A stretch of 48,952 nt of DNA from contig CAJGCF010000002.1 of the NCBI GenBank assembly GCA_904501865.1, positions 1-48,952 of the forward strand. Reading direction: 5' to 3'. The stretch comes from an uncultured Clostridia bacterium. Its GTDB lineage: Bacteria > Bacillota > Clostridia > Oscillospirales > CAG-272. Both the position numbers and the translations under genes were made by a program. This document shows, piece by piece, positions 1 to 8,646 of the stretch. The notes beneath the pieces were generated by a model. The model saw only the letters and a list, made by a program, of their open reading frames with translations, did not search any database and was not told where the DNA came from. How positions within the stretch are numbered: the stretch's first letter is position 1; the number at the start of each line of letters is the position of its first letter.

Positions 1-327
1 AATGCCTCCGAAATATCTCGTGACCACAACAACAGCATCACAGACACCGCTTTTACGTATGGTATCCAGCATAGGAACACCCGCGGTGCCCTGCGGCTCT
101 CCGTCGTCGGAATATCTTGCGACTATACCGCCTTTGAGGAGATAAGCCCAGCAGTTATGCGTGGCATCGGAATATTCTTTTTTCTTGGCTTTTACGAACT
201 CCATAGCCTCGTCCTCTGTTGTAATATGCTTTGCGTGGCATATAAAGAGCGACCTTTTTTCCTCAAATTCATCTGTTCCCTCGCCGTACAGCGTAGTATA
301 CAGCTCGGATTTCGTTTCTTCACTCAT
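1..327 (-). CDS. yigZ: IMPACT/YigZ family protein (UPF0029), N-terminal part; C-terminus lies outside the window
   Basis: Not in the ORF track because it runs off the edge. Manual reverse translation from the ATG at 327 gives MSEETKSELYTTLYGEGTDEFEEKRSLFICHAKH...ATHNCWAYLL...YSDDGEPQGTAGVPMLD...VVVVTRYFGGI. The ATHNC, DDGEPxGTAG and VTRYFGG motifs are typical of YigZ. It lies 16 nt downstream of the hflX stop on the same strand. Confidence 0.8.
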   Translation of the reverse strand, partial: MSEETKSELYTTLYGEGTDEFEEKRSLFICHAKHITTEDEAMEFVKAKKKEYSDATHNCWAYLLKGGIVARYSDDGEPQGTAGVPMLDTIRKSGVCDAVVVVTRYFGGI

Positions 328-343
328 CTGAAAGTCTCTTTTC

Positions 344-1636
344 TTAATATTCCTCTTTTTTAGGCGGATCAATATCGTATTTACGGAGCATGCCGCGCAC
401 CTTGGAGTCTACGACCGCGGTTACGGTCACAAATTCCGCGCCGTATTCTACGTCCTCGACCGTAGCATCCTTATAAAGACGATTGAGCTCGCCCTGTTCG
501 GCGTTGGGTATCTTAAATGTGACTCTGCTCTTGCCCTCGTGCACAAGCTCCTCAAGCTTTTCTGCAAGTCTCTGGCACCCCTGACCTGTTTTCGCAGAAA
601 TGCAAACCACGTTTTGTCTGTGTCTGCTTCTGTCTATTATGGGATCGTCATACGTGCCCTTGTCGCACTTGTTAAATACGTAGAGCGTGGGCTTTTCTCC
701 CGCGCCGAGATCTTCAAGTGTCTGCTCGGTACACTCAAGCTGTGAGAGATACTCTGGGTCGCTCGCGTCTGAAAGTATCATAATTATATCCGCGCAGACC
801 GCTTCGTCAAGAGTTGAGCGGAATGCGTTTATAAGGTGGTGAGGGAGCTTTCTGATAAATCCGACTGTGTCGGTCAGAAGCACGGTCTCGCCGCCGGGCA
901 AGGTGAACTTTCGCGTTGTTGGATCGAGGGTTGCAAAAAGCTTGTCCTCTGCCAGAATTCCCGCCTGGGTCAAGCGGTTGAGCAGGGTGGATTTGCCTGC
1001 GTTCGTATATCCGACTATGGCTATTTTTTTAAGACCGCTTCTGTCCCTCGCCGCCCTCATCGTGCGTCGGGTTGCCGAGAGCTTGTCTATCTCGTCCTCA
1101 AGCGCGTCTATTCTTCTTTTTATGTGTCTGCGGTCGCTCTCAAGCTTGGACTCTCCGGGACCCCTCGTTCCTATTCCTCCTCCGAGACGAGACAGCTCTG
1201 TTCCTCTACCCATAAGTCTCGGTGCGGTATATTTGAGTTGCGCAAGCTCAACTTGAAGCTTACCCTCACCGCTTACCGCATGAAGCGCAAAAATGTCAAG
1301 AATAAGCATTGATCGGTCAATGACGTTGACGTCATTTCCTATATCCTCCTCGAGATTTCTTATCTGCGCGGGAGAAAGCTCCTCGTCAAATATAACCAGC
1401 TTTACTCCGTTATCTGAACAAAGCGCGGCTATCTCGGCGACCTTTCCTTTGCCTATTAGAGTTCTTGGGTCAGGGGTGCTCTTGTTCTGTATCACAGTGG
1501 CGAACGTCTCTCCCCCCGCAGTGTCAAGAAGCCTCTCGAGCTCCTTTATGGATATCTCTGCCTCCTCGCTCGCTCCGTCTGTTACGATGCCAACGAGAAT
1601 GGCTTTGGTTATTATTTTTTCTTCCTTGAAATTCAT
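344..1636 (-). CDS. hflX: GTPase HflX
   Basis: 430-aa ORF. It has the HflX N-terminal domain (LIGKGKVAEI, VIFDEELSPAQIRNLE, ILDIFALHA) and a G domain with G1 GYTNAGKST and G3 DTVGF. A GGAG RBS precedes the ATG. Confidence 0.9.
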   Translation of the reverse strand: MNFKEEKIITKAILVGIVTDGASEEAEISIKELERLLDTAGGETFATVIQNKSTPDPRTLIGKGKVAEIAALCSDNGVKLVIFDEELSPAQIRNLEEDIGNDVNVIDRSMLILDIFALHAVSGEGKLQVELAQLKYTAPRLMGRGTELSRLGGGIGTRGPGESKLESDRRHIKRRIDALEDEIDKLSATRRTMRAARDRSGLKKIAIVGYTNAGKSTLLNRLTQAGILAEDKLFATLDPTTRKFTLPGGETVLLTDTVGFIRKLPHHLINAFRSTLDEAVCADIIMILSDASDPEYLSQLECTEQTLEDLGAGEKPTLYVFNKCDKGTYDDPIIDRSRHRQNVVCISAKTGQGCQRLAEKLEELVHEGKSRVTFKIPNAEQGELNRLYKDATVEDVEYGAEFVTVTAVVDSKVRGMLRKYDIDPPKKEEY

Positions 1637-1701
1637 ATATCTCCGTTCTGTGTGTACGTGCTACACTAAACTCAAATTTATATCTATTGTTTGCCGAAAA
1701 C

Positions 1702-1744
1702 TAAAAAGATTGCGCAGTACGGCAGTACTCGCGCAATCTTTTTA
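1702..1744. terminator. Bidirectional-looking intrinsic terminator downstream of rpmE
   Basis: AGATTGCGC (1707-1715) pairs with GCGCAATCT (1731-1739), with additional inner pairing. An A-run flanks it on the left and a T-run on the right. Confidence 0.6.
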
Positions 1745-1784
1745 TGTGCATATAATATGCGGCAATATCGCCAAACGTACGATA

Positions 1785-1994
1785 TTACTTGTTGAAACCC
1801 TCAAGTCTCTTCTTGAACTTGTCAACACGTCCGCCTGCATCAACAAACTTCTGCTTGCCGGTGAAGAAGGGGTGGCACTTGGAGCAAACTTCGACTCTCA
1901 TCTCGCCGCCCTTTGTGGACTTGGTTACAACGGTCTCGCCGCATGCGCATTTGATCACGCACTCTTCGTACTTAGGCTGAATAGCTTCCTTCAT
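1785..1994 (-). CDS. rpmE: 50S ribosomal protein L31 (Zn-ribbon, Cys-containing form)
   Basis: The 69-aa [23 protein letters not shown]...[27 protein letters not shown] is a near-canonical L31 sequence with CxC...CxxC. Confidence 0.95.
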   Translation of the reverse strand: MKEAIQPKYEECVIKCACGETVVTKSTKGGEMRVEVCSKCHPFFTGKQKFVDAGGRVDKFKKRLEGFNK

Positions 1995-2054
1995 TTCTTT
2001 TTACCTCACAAAATTATTTCGCTGTTAGTTGGCAGCGATTTCACAAGTAGAGTC

Positions 2055-2083
2055 ATTATATCACTATTCTCTCCGTTTGTCAA
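2055..2083 (-). promoter_or_regulatory. Sigma-A type promoter for rpmE
   Basis: On the minus strand: TTGACA (2083-2078), a 17-nt spacer, then TATAAT (2060-2055) with a TGn extended -10. The roughly 55-nt leader contains the hairpin TCGCTG-N8-CAGCGA. Confidence 0.6.
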
Positions 2084-2208
2084 GGGCTTTTTGAAATAAA
2101 TTTTTTACATTCCCTTTTTTATTGACAAGATTCACAAAAAAATCTCCACGTCATACCTTTATAACGAGGCAAACAACGCTATAAGACAGATTTGGAGGTT
2201 CTTTTAAG

Positions 2209-2676
2209 ATGGATCAGGCTCAAAACACCCAAGGCTACGGATATATGATAGTCCGTGTGACTACAGCGAGAGGGGCGATACCGCTCGAGGACGCCGTGGT
2301 GACAATTCACAACTATGCTCCCGAGTTTGAAAACGGCAGAGGTGATATAATTGGGGTATACAGTACAGACGCCTCCGGGTTAACGGGGCGCTTTGCGCTT
2401 CCCGCTCCACCCAAAGCGCTGTCTATGTCACCGGGAAACGGGAAATCTTACCAAACCTACAACGTAAGTGTTTTCAAAGACGGATATTATCAACAGCAGT
2501 ATATCAACGCGCCCGTGTTTGAGGGGATAACCTCAATACAGAACGCGGATATGATACCCCTTTCGGATAACGGTCAGACCGACAATCAGACCACCGAAAA
2601 CAACATATTCTTTGAGACGGAAAACTCTGCGCTCGAATCAACAAACGGACAAAGAGAAAGGAGGACTGAGGAATAA
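2209..2676 (+). CDS. SleC prepro-region-like protein (carboxypeptidase-regulatory-like beta-sandwich), encoded as a separate ORF
   Basis: 155 aa with a GGAGG RBS and no signal peptide. GYMIVRVTTARGAIPLEDAVVTIHNY, GLTGRFALPAPP and YNVSVFKDGY resemble my recollection of the N-terminal pre-pro region of clostridial SleC. The stop overlaps the next ORF's start (TAATG at 2674-2678). Confidence 0.5.
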   Translation: MDQAQNTQGYGYMIVRVTTARGAIPLEDAVVTIHNYAPEFENGRGDIIGVYSTDASGLTGRFALPAPPKALSMSPGNGKSYQTYNVSVFKDGYYQQQYINAPVFEGITSIQNADMIPLSDNGQTDNQTTENNIFFETENSALESTNGQRERRTEE

Positions 2677-4073
2677 TGCCCGAAACCCCTTATATTCCCG
2701 AATTTATAACTGTGCATCTGGGTTCTCCCGATTCAGATGCGCCAAACGTGACGGTTCCGTTTGTAGACTACGTTGCAAACGTAGCCTCAAGCGAGATATA
2801 TCCCACGTGGCCCGAAAGCGCCATACGCGCCAATATGTATGCGCAGATATCTTTTGCACTTAATCGCATATACACTGAATATTATCGCACACGGGGATAT
2901 GACTTTGACATAACCAATTCTATTGCTATCGATCAGTCGTTTGTCAACGGTAGAGACCTTTTTGACAACGTTTACGAGATAGCGCGCGAGCTTTTTACGA
3001 ATTACATAAGCCGCCAGGGTTTCGTCGAGCCTCTTTACGCGCAATATTGCGACGGCATTGAGATACAGTGCAACGGACTGTCGCAGTGGGGCAGCGTTAC
3101 CCTTGCCGAGCAAGGCTATTCTCCGTACGAGATACTTACCTATTATTACGGAGACAACATAGACATAATCACTGACGCCCCGGTTAGAGGGCAGACTGCA
3201 AGTCTTCCTTCATATCCCCTGCAGCTCGGCAGCACGGGAGACGACGTCCGCACCGTGCAAATACGCCTCAACCGCATATCCGACAACTTTTCGGCTATTC
3301 CTAAAATCAATCAGCCATTCGGTGTATTCTCATACGATACCGAGGAGGCGGTGAAAGCCTTTCAGTCTGCTTTTGGTCTGACTCCCGACGGTGTTGTAGG
3401 AAGGAGCACTTGGTATAGCATACAGCAAATATACAATAGTGTAAAGAGGCTGAACGACCTGAACTCCGAGGGCTTGAGCCTTGCCGACGTTACAAAGCAA
3501 TTTCCCGGTGTTTTACAGCAGGGAGACAACAATTTGGGCGTTAGCGCTCTGCAATATTATTTGAGCTACTTGTCCGAATTTTACAATTCTATTCCCCGAG
3601 TGTCTGTAGACGGAATATTCGGCCCCACCACAACGTCCGCGGTTATAGCCGCGCAGAACACGTTTGGATTGACTCCCGATGGGGTGGTAGGAGAGGACAC
3701 ATGGCGCGCCATATACAATGCATATATCGGAATAGTTTCCACTATACCTCTGGAATACGTTGAGGGCAACACAATACCATTCCCGGGAGTTTTTCTGCGC
3801 GCGGGAGTGGAGTCCGACGACGTAAGAGTCCTGCAGGAGTACCTTGATTTTATTTCAAGATATATTCCTGAGATACCCTCTGTCAACCCGACGGGATATT
3901 TCGGAACTCGCACGCAGGACTCTGTGATAGCTTTTCAGAATTATTACGGTATTCCCGCCACGGGAGTTGTAGGCCCTGTAGCGTGGGGCGGGATAACCAG
4001 TTTGTATAGTGACCTTTACAACGGCTCGCGGCTTGGTGAGGGACAGTTCCCGGGATTTACCGTCGGAGAATAG
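2676..4073 (+). CDS. SleC-like cortex-lytic/peptidoglycan hydrolase core with three PG_binding_1 repeats
   Basis: 465 aa. The N-terminal block PEFITVHLGSPDSDAPNVTVPFVDYVANVASSEIYPTWPESAIRANMYAQISFALNRIYTEYYRTRGYDFDITNS matches the conserved core I recall from SleC-type and SpoIID-like proteins. Three repeats of the GxxGDDVxxLQ...FGLTPDGVVGxxTW type follow. No signal peptide. Confidence 0.6.
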   Translation: MPETPYIPEFITVHLGSPDSDAPNVTVPFVDYVANVASSEIYPTWPESAIRANMYAQISFALNRIYTEYYRTRGYDFDITNSIAIDQSFVNGRDLFDNVYEIARELFTNYISRQGFVEPLYAQYCDGIEIQCNGLSQWGSVTLAEQGYSPYEILTYYYGDNIDIITDAPVRGQTASLPSYPLQLGSTGDDVRTVQIRLNRISDNFSAIPKINQPFGVFSYDTEEAVKAFQSAFGLTPDGVVGRSTWYSIQQIYNSVKRLNDLNSEGLSLADVTKQFPGVLQQGDNNLGVSALQYYLSYLSEFYNSIPRVSVDGIFGPTTTSAVIAAQNTFGLTPDGVVGEDTWRAIYNAYIGIVSTIPLEYVEGNTIPFPGVFLRAGVESDDVRVLQEYLDFISRYIPEIPSVNPTGYFGTRTQDSVIAFQNYYGIPATGVVGPVAWGGITSLYSDLYNGSRLGEGQFPGFTVGE

Positions 4074-4105
4074 TAGTCACATAAACTTATAGAGAAGGTG
4101 TACTT

Positions 4106-4630
4106 ATGACTAATAATGATTTTGAAAGGGACGCAATAGAAAACATACAGAGATATTTAAGACAGCTCTCCTTTCACGAGGATAATATAAGTGCCGTTCC
4201 GATAGACGGTATATGGGACAGCGAAACCGTAGAATCGCTCAAAGCGTTTCAGCAAAGCCGTTCATTACCCGTGACGGGGACGGTTGACCGCGCCACGTGG
4301 GATATACTGAAGGCAGAGTACGACAAGTCCGTAGCGCTGAATTCTCCGCCCGCTATGATAGCCCTTTTTCCAAGAGAGCCCGACGGATACGAGGTCTCTC
4401 CCGGAGACGAAGGTGTGCTCGTAGATGTTATTCAATATATACTTTCAGAGCTTGAGCGCCTGTATTCCTTTGGAAACGTTGAGAGAAGCGGTGTATATGA
4501 CGAGGATACCGCCAACACCGTAAAATATTTTCAACACAGAAACAATATAGAAGCCACGGGACGTGTCGGGCGCGAGACTTGGGACGCGCTTGCCGTACAG
4601 CACAATCTGCTTGACAGATACAACGAATAA
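4106..4630 (+). CDS. Peptidoglycan-binding domain protein (two PG_binding_1 repeats)
   Basis: 174 aa. It has two repeats: IDGIWDSETVESLKAFQQSRSLPVTGTVDRATWDIL and SGVYDEDTANTVKYFQHRNNIEATGRVGRETWDAL. GAAGGTG RBS. No signal peptide. Confidence 0.7.
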   Translation: MTNNDFERDAIENIQRYLRQLSFHEDNISAVPIDGIWDSETVESLKAFQQSRSLPVTGTVDRATWDILKAEYDKSVALNSPPAMIALFPREPDGYEVSPGDEGVLVDVIQYILSELERLYSFGNVERSGVYDEDTANTVKYFQHRNNIEATGRVGRETWDALAVQHNLLDRYNE

Positions 4631-4663
4631 ACTCAAATCTCCCTGTACGATAATGAGATAAAT

Positions 4664-5509
4664 TCAATCCTTTACATAAAACGCTATGGCTATCGCCCCG
4701 GGTCCTGCGTGAGTGCCTACAACGCTTCCGATAGAGGTGATGTCCAGGGAATCGGTTTGCCCTTCCCATAAAGCACGGCTATCCTCTATATATTTTTGCA
4801 GCACGGCATCATCAAAGCCTGTGTATCCGAGCAACAACGGTTTGGAAAAGTTTATGCCTCCGCAGTTTTCTATCTCTTTTATAAGAAAATTGTTGGATTG
4901 ACGTGAGCCGCGAGCTTTTCCTAACACCACTATCTCACCGTCACGCAGAGTTATTACAGGCTTGAGTGCCAACACACCGCCCGCAAACGCTGCGGTAGCT
5001 GATATTCTTCCGCCACGTTTGAGAAATTCAAGCGTGTCAAACATTGCCAGCAGTCTGACGTTGTCTCTTTCGGCTGATATTCTTTCCGCGATACTTGCCG
5101 CATCAAGCCCGTCTCGCACCATATTCTGCGCAAGCTCTGCAAGGACTCCGAGGCCTATGGATACCGAATTGCTATCTATTACGAATATTCTGTCGGGTGC
5201 CATTTCTGAAGCCACGCACGCACTATGATATGTTCCGGATAATTTCGAAGATATAGTTAATACCACAAGATCGTGTCCTTCTTCAAACTCTCGACTGAAT
5301 ACCTTTTCGAAATCCGATATGCTTGCCTGACTGGTGGAGGGCATAACGTCGCTTTCGACGAGCTTTTCATAAAATGTTTTTGTGTCTATCTCAATGCGAT
5401 CTACGTACTCCTTATCTCCAAAACGTACTGTGAGCGGCACCATTCCCATTTTTGAGGAATATTCGTGAGTCAGATCGGCAGTGGAATCAATGATTATTTT
5501 TACACTCAT
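4664..5509 (-). CDS. DegV family fatty-acid-binding protein
   Basis: 281 aa. The sequence KIIIDSTADL...VPLTVRFGDKEYVD...STSQAS...GTHAGPGA is a typical DegV/FakB pattern. GGAGGAG RBS. It starts 18 nt downstream of the marR stop. Confidence 0.9.
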   Translation of the reverse strand: MSVKIIIDSTADLTHEYSSKMGMVPLTVRFGDKEYVDRIEIDTKTFYEKLVESDVMPSTSQASISDFEKVFSREFEEGHDLVVLTISSKLSGTYHSACVASEMAPDRIFVIDSNSVSIGLGVLAELAQNMVRDGLDAASIAERISAERDNVRLLAMFDTLEFLKRGGRISATAAFAGGVLALKPVITLRDGEIVVLGKARGSRQSNNFLIKEIENCGGINFSKPLLLGYTGFDDAVLQKYIEDSRALWEGQTDSLDITSIGSVVGTHAGPGAIAIAFYVKD

Positions 5510-5527
5510 AGTTTTATCTCCTCCGCC

Positions 5528-6007
5528 CTATTCGTTCGTTTCGGAAATGCCCATGCGACAAATGTCTCGAAGATTTGAATCTATCAGATCAAGACATGAA
5601 TAAAAAGTTTTTCTGTCTTCATCTGACAAGCCGTGTCCGGCCTGAGATACGGCTGCGGCAGCCTTGCTTTGAACGAAGTCGGCAAGCTCTCTGCCCTTTT
5701 CGGTCAAAGTGAGCTTTGCTCGGTAGGCGTTATCCTTATTGCTGTTTCTGATTATGAGACCGTGACTCTCCATTTCGGAAACTACTCTTGAGATTCCCGC
5801 CTTGTCTCTCTCACAGATTTCACATAAGAGCGCGGAGGTTATTCCGTCCGGAAATCTAGCCATTGCCGCAAGGTAAAGCGCATAGGAACCGCGAAACCCG
5901 TATTTTTCCATCTCATCACGCTCTATCTTCAAGATGCTTCTATAAATACTGTTGATAGAATAAGTGAACTGTTCAAATCTTTGTATTAACCGATTTTCCG
6001 TTTCCAT
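5528..6007 (-). CDS. MarR family transcriptional regulator
   Basis: Winged-helix MarR pattern (ITSALLCEICERDKAGISRVVSEMESHGLIIR). I prefer the ATG at 6007 (METENRL), which has an AGGAGA RBS 7 nt upstream, over the TTG at 6028 used by the ORF track. Confidence 0.85.
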   Translation of the reverse strand: METENRLIQRFEQFTYSINSIYRSILKIERDEMEKYGFRGSYALYLAAMARFPDGITSALLCEICERDKAGISRVVSEMESHGLIIRNSNKDNAYRAKLTLTEKGRELADFVQSKAAAAVSQAGHGLSDEDRKTFYSCLDLIDSNLRDICRMGISETNE

Positions 6008-6035
6008 AATATTTCTCCTATTACTCAAAAAACTT

Positions 6036-6088
6036 GTTGACTTATCAACGATATTGGTATTGTATCATATAAAAGTTGATTTGTCAAC
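6036..6088. promoter_or_regulatory. Two GTTGA-N4-TCAAC inverted repeats (putative MarR operators) overlapping the marR promoter
   Basis: GTTGACTTATCAAC lies at 6036-6049 and GTTGATTTGTCAAC at 6075-6088. The minus-strand promoter reads TTGACA, 17 nt, TACAAT; its -35 lies inside the second repeat, and the first repeat sits just downstream of the -10. Confidence 0.5.
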
Positions 6089-6187
6089 AAATTTTAAATA
6101 ATTTTTTTGATAAAACATAATAGAAGCGTATATCTCGCTGGTGCGAATATACGCTTTTATAGTTATTACATTAAATTCTCGGAAAGA

Positions 6188-8614
6188 TTAGGCTCTTTCG
6201 GATATGAGCATGTATCTCTCTGCTGCCTCGGAGTGTCCCGATGCCGCGGCGAGTCTGTAATAGTAGAGGGCTTCTCTCTTGTTGCGTACGCCCGTCCCTA
6301 CTCCTTCCTCACAGCAAAGGCCGTAGCTATATGCCGCGTTGATATTACCTCTGTCTGCCGATTTTTTGAGCCATTTTGCCGCTTCCACGTTATTTTCTTT
6401 TACGCCTACACCGTGTCTCAAGCACCAGCCGTAACTGTAACACGCGTCATTCTGATCAAGCTCTGCCGCTGTTTTATAACACTTTGCCGCCGCACTCTCG
6501 TTCTTTTTAACGAGTCCTTTGCCGTCGAAGAAGGCATCGCCGAGTTTGTTAAGGGAGTTGGCTAAATCTGTTTCGTCGGGAGAGTCTTGCGGTCCTCCAA
6601 AATTTGCTTTCTTGCGTGACGGGCGGTTCTCATAATAATTTTTGAGATCGCCACCGTATAAGTATATCCTTGCGACCTCATCTTGCGCGGCTCTGTGTCC
6701 CGCGGCAGCGGCGAGAGATATGTTTTCAAAGGCCTCGATATAGCTCTGAGTAGACTGATCACATTCAGGGATCAACATACCGAGTCTGTAACGAGCATCT
6801 ATTATTGATTTTGCAGACAGATCCTTGGTCTCCGCATATCTTTCTGGGAAATCAAAGGTTGATTGTTCTTGATCTATCGAGGCCGAGATAGCTTTCGCAT
6901 ACCAGCCTCTTGCATCGTTTTGGTTTTTACGCACACCCTTACCCTCGTCGGCAAACATACCCATATGTAGCATCGCCGGAGCAAAGCCTTTCCTTGCCGC
7001 CCGAAGCATATAAGGTCTTGCGGAGGAGTAATCTGGGCGTTCATTGGATATCATTACCCGTGCCGCGTGGAACATAGCCTCGACAAGCCCGAAGTCGGCG
7101 GCTCTTTTATAGAGCTCAAGCGCACAACTTGAGTCTTGAGTAACGCCGATCCCTCCTTCAAAACATTGTGCCAATGCCAATATTGCAAAAACGCAGGTAT
7201 TGTGCGAAGGTTGTTCATCTGTGAGTTTTACCGCGCAGACAAAGGCATTTGCGGCCGCATCGTTGTTGCGATCAGTTCCTATTCCGTAACGGTAGCATTC
7301 ACCCATCATATACGTTGCGTATACAGACTGCAATTCAGACCCCTTTGAAAACCATTCGAAAGCCTTGTGTTCATCCTTTTCGACACCAAGGCCCTTTAAG
7401 TGACAAAGTCCTATTCTAAATGCGGCGTCTGCTGCGTTATCTCCGTCACCCTCAAAGGTCTCGCAATAATGCAAATATGCGCCTTTCCTGTTACGAACGG
7501 TGCCTATGCCCTCAAACAAGCAGTTGGCTACCTCGTATTCAGCGGGCGCAAAGCCTTGCTCTGCCGCGCCCGAAAGCATCTTGTACGCGACAGAGGAGCT
7601 TTTTTTAGTTCCCCTACCGATCATACTCATCATTCCCGCTCTGTACATGGCGACGGCCGAATCGCCTTCTGCCGCCCGGGAGTAGTATTTAAAGGCTTTG
7701 GCAAAATTTTGGTCGGTTCCGATGCCGTTGTCATAACAATTAGCCAAACGAAACATAGCGTGTGGATTTTTAGCCTTAGCGGCAGCTTTATAGTGAAGAA
7801 ATGCTTCATCAAGATCTTGCTCACAACCGTCACCAAGCTCACAACATATGCCAAGTCTGCACTCTGCATTTGAGTTGCCGAGTTCTGCCGCCCTTCTATA
7901 AAGAGAAATGGCGCTTTGTTTGTCTTGAGACACTCCGTGACCATAAAAATAACATCCGCCCAGATTGTTTATAGCTACCGCATCGTCATTTTGCGCAGCT
8001 TTTTCATACATTATGACGGCTCTTTCATAATCCGTTTGGCAGCCAATGCCAAATTCATAGCATATACCCAACGCACAGATACATTTAGGGTCATATTGCT
8101 TTGCGCCTTGCGAAAAGCAATCAACAGCACTATCCGCATTCTTTTCGCAACCAAGACCGGTATTATAGCAAAGACCGAGATTATAATATCCTTCTGCGCA
8201 TTCCATTTCTGCGGCTCTTTTGTAGCAATCAAACGCAAGCGCAGGGTTGTATAGAGAGCTTTTTTTGTTTGAGTAAAGCTGACCAAGATACAGCCATGCC
8301 GCAGCATATCCGCTCTGTGCGCATCGCTTTAATAGCTTTATTCCGCTTTCGACGTCGATTTCCTTTGATTGCATAAGTAAGACCGTTTCCTGGTACAGAA
8401 CCTCATTTTCCGAACGGTTGTCTTTTACGCACGAGTCTTCCTTGTTTGCTATCTGGCATTCAAGATCATCGCTGTTGAGACTGCTCAAGTTAAGCTCCTC
8501 GGATGAGAGCTCAGCGTCTTTTGCGTTGTTGGTGAGTGTCAGCTCGTTGGTGTTGATGACAGGCTCCATGTCGTTATTGGATTTGTTTATGGTGCCATTT
8601 TCAATATGATCCAT
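6188..8614 (-). CDS. Large Sel1-like repeat (SLR/TPR-like) protein
   Basis: About 808 aa. After a roughly 100-aa acidic, Ser/Asn-rich N-terminus come about 19 repeats of the A-x-W/YY-x-K/RAA-x-x-G-x-x-x-A-x-x-x-LG-x-C/YY-x-x-G-x-G type. No signal peptide or TM helix. I prefer the ATG at 8614 (GGAG 8 nt upstream) over the GTG at 8623. Confidence 0.85.
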   Translation of the reverse strand: MDHIENGTINKSNNDMEPVINTNELTLTNNAKDAELSSEELNLSSLNSDDLECQIANKEDSCVKDNRSENEVLYQETVLLMQSKEIDVESGIKLLKRCAQSGYAAAWLYLGQLYSNKKSSLYNPALAFDCYKRAAEMECAEGYYNLGLCYNTGLGCEKNADSAVDCFSQGAKQYDPKCICALGICYEFGIGCQTDYERAVIMYEKAAQNDDAVAINNLGGCYFYGHGVSQDKQSAISLYRRAAELGNSNAECRLGICCELGDGCEQDLDEAFLHYKAAAKAKNPHAMFRLANCYDNGIGTDQNFAKAFKYYSRAAEGDSAVAMYRAGMMSMIGRGTKKSSSVAYKMLSGAAEQGFAPAEYEVANCLFEGIGTVRNRKGAYLHYCETFEGDGDNAADAAFRIGLCHLKGLGVEKDEHKAFEWFSKGSELQSVYATYMMGECYRYGIGTDRNNDAAANAFVCAVKLTDEQPSHNTCVFAILALAQCFEGGIGVTQDSSCALELYKRAADFGLVEAMFHAARVMISNERPDYSSARPYMLRAARKGFAPAMLHMGMFADEGKGVRKNQNDARGWYAKAISASIDQEQSTFDFPERYAETKDLSAKSIIDARYRLGMLIPECDQSTQSYIEAFENISLAAAAGHRAAQDEVARIYLYGGDLKNYYENRPSRKKANFGGPQDSPDETDLANSLNKLGDAFFDGKGLVKKNESAAAKCYKTAAELDQNDACYSYGWCLRHGVGVKENNVEAAKWLKKSADRGNINAAYSYGLCCEEGVGTGVRNKREALYYYRLAAASGHSEAAERYMLISERA

Positions 8615-8646
8615 TTCCACCACTCCGTAAATTTGATTGATTTTAT

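Noticed and set aside
6188-8614. Sel1-repeat protein as a secreted Hcp-type beta-lactamase-like virulence factor
   Set aside because: No signal peptide or TM segment is visible at either candidate start, so a secreted disulfide-bonded Hcp analogue is not supported. It is kept as a finding only for its size and Cys pattern.
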